The position numbers and the translations under genes were made by a program. Under the pieces are notes generated by a model. That model was not told where the DNA came from, ran no database searches, and saw only the letters and a list, made by a program, of their open reading frames with translations. A stretch of DNA of 64,000 nt from Anthoceros angustus (taxonomy: Eukaryota; Plantae; Anthocerotophyta), in the NCBI GenBank assembly GCA_010909165.1, contig MU008163.1:62001-126000 (forward strand). The letters are read 5' to 3'. Position 1 is the stretch's first letter. Each line of letters starts with the position of its first letter. Positions 62,201 through 64,000 of this stretch are shown here, piece after piece.

Positions 62201-63918
62201 GGGAACCGCCGAGGGCGCCCAGGCAAGCGTGTATGTGATGGTGATGATGGAACACTTCTCAAGTGGGTGGAGGTGGCTCTCCCAGATAAGAGTTCCGTAG
62301 CACCGCACAAGCATTCTTGCATAATGTGTTGGGGAGATTTGGCGGCTGCGCGGAGTGCTTGACAGATCAAGGGTCAGAGTTCCGCGGGGAATTCCAAGAT
62401 CTCCTGGATGCGGCCCTGATAGATCACCGCCGAACCAGCCGAGACCATCCTCAGGCCGATGGTATGGCCGAGCGGATGGTGCAAACAATTAAGAAAGGGC
62501 TCCGCAAGCTATGCCTTCAAATGCCCAAGACGGATTGGGACTTGGCCCTCCCTTATATTGCTATGGGCTATCGCATGAGCAAGCATGCGCCAGCCCATTC
62601 TCGCCATATTTCTGTTGTTTGAAGAGAACCCATACTTATGCCATTGCGACAAATGCAGTCGTGGACTTGGACAGTCCACCACATGGGCCCGAATTGTAGG
62701 CGAAAGGGCAGCCCTCTTCACAAGCGATGCATATGGCCATGGCAAATCGCCCATAAGACCGAGATACCTTACGATATGCGCACACCCGCTGGAAGCTTGA
62801 GCCCAAGCTCGAAGTTCCAGTCGGGATTTGTTTATCTTGAGCCAGCAATACCTTGGACACTAGCACCGGACATGTGCTCGGGTGAAGGAGATGCGGGGAA
62901 TGCGTTTTCTTGCGGCCGGATGGGAGGACCATGACCGATCACATGAAGAATTGCGCACCCTGCCACTTGCCCAACTTGGATCCTAACATCGTGATAGATT
63001 GGATCCCACAGGACACCCACGATCTGCGGGGAGGGTGGGTGACGAGCTCATGCTCCCTGCGGCCAGTTTGCAGCAGGGGTTATCACTTGTTCAGTCTCAC
63101 ACCACCTCTCACCGAAGTGCCAGATCAACTATGGTGCCCCGTTACTTAATTCTCGAGAGGCGTGCAGTACTAAGCAGTTCTCCACCCACAACAATGCTAC
63201 ATCGTTAGGCCGTATGGATCTAGCTTGGCTTGCCAACCTACGCCCAAAGCTGGGGAAGATGGATGCCAATAATCTAACATACCGTGTGAGCTTATACTTG
63301 CTTTTTGCGGTCAAGAATGTCCAGTAAGGAAGGAAGGTCGATCGAACAGGAGCACCTTCACAAAGATGCACCATCCAAATCCGGACAAGATCACGACACC
63401 GACATGCGGTCGCAGAAGATCGGATATGGGTGATAGCATGAATACTTTAGAAGGCGATATGAGAGTTACAATCACGCCCAAAACCCATGCATGTCTACAT
63501 ATATATTTAGCTGTCGATTAGGATAAACCCAACCACTGCTAGTGGCCCAACGAGTAGGTAAGAACCCTAATAGTCAGCCCGAGTAGAGCGTGGTAGCCGT
63601 GCCACACACGTGGCCAGATCGATCATGGCGCGATGGCCAACATAGGGTGACGGATATGGACATAGGGGAACCAACCGCTGCAAGCCCGGTGATAAAGCGG
63701 GCGCTGAAAACGCGATTGATGAAGTTACGCGTATGCACGGAAGACACTGTGCACTCTTTGTTTCGAGACATATCTTTGCAATACGATTTCTTCGGCGTAT
63801 TCATACATACAGCCAGCCTCGATGTGGTGCTGCCGATGGCGTGACTACTCTCAACTCCAAGCCTCGCAAGTTGCGAGACCCAAGTGCTTCCCCTCGATTG
63901 AAGGTGCGGCGAATTTGT
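55572..63918 (+). mobile_element. Ty3/Gypsy LTR retrotransposon copy 2, same DNMT-bearing family
   Basis: Colinear with copy 1 (period ~8.3 kb): VLLDTGAQP ~58577; DNMT ~59251-60120; continuous RT ORF 60378-61181 (RMCGDYRPINA, YFSTLDLRQGFNQ, WLVMPFGFRNAP, YIDDVLV); RH 61340-61700; IN 62000-62720; PHD ~62990-63140. Confidence 0.93.
59251..60120 (+). other. DNMT3-like methyltransferase domain, copy 2
   Basis: ELFGGLC; IDLVILGWECQGF; YLLENTPAQFD; PFLMDAAQVGSYTHRLRNYWTNW; WEEPCVEERERLMGF; QRCAALGRAMDLNAVTWL. Confidence 0.88.
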
Positions 63919-64000
63919 TGAAGATGGATGCCAATAATCTAACAAGTGTGAGCTTATACTTCTTTGTTTTTTTCGGTCAATGAATGTGCCGGAGTAAGGA

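Noticed and set aside
1-64000. rRNA, tRNA or snoRNA genes
   Set aside because: None recognised by eye; a tRNAscan-SE or Infernal search would be needed to exclude small ncRNAs.

Overview
Eukaryotic nuclear DNA from a compact-intron, seed-free land plant. A hornwort is the best inference, because the window holds a GRP-ending DYW:KP PPR gene and introns are about 80-100 bp. Host genes: the 5' half of a CTP synthase (minus strand, runs off the left edge); a cluster of three PLS-class PPR paralogs (one intact PPR-DYW:KP with an OSB-type PDF motif at its N-terminus, two decayed); a vacuolar sorting receptor with a partial tandem copy; and an At3g19920/At5g64230-like conserved plant gene. The rest is nested transposable elements: Ty1/Copia pieces, a CCCTA-ended element with 29-bp TIRs and a 3-bp TSD, a 23-bp-TIR element with a 4-bp TSD, an hAT remnant and orphan LINE-ORF1-like remnants. 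From 47.4 kb to the end lie two head-to-tail Ty3/Gypsy elements whose Pol reads protease - DNMT3-like cytosine methyltransferase - RT - RNase H - integrase - PHD finger. This DNMT-carrying retroelement and the PDF-PPR-DYW:KP fusion are the most notable items. Several ~2-kb tandem duplications with indel-rich copies suggest long-read assembly noise, so many frameshifts may not be real. All protein assignments come from motif recognition by eye, with no database searches.
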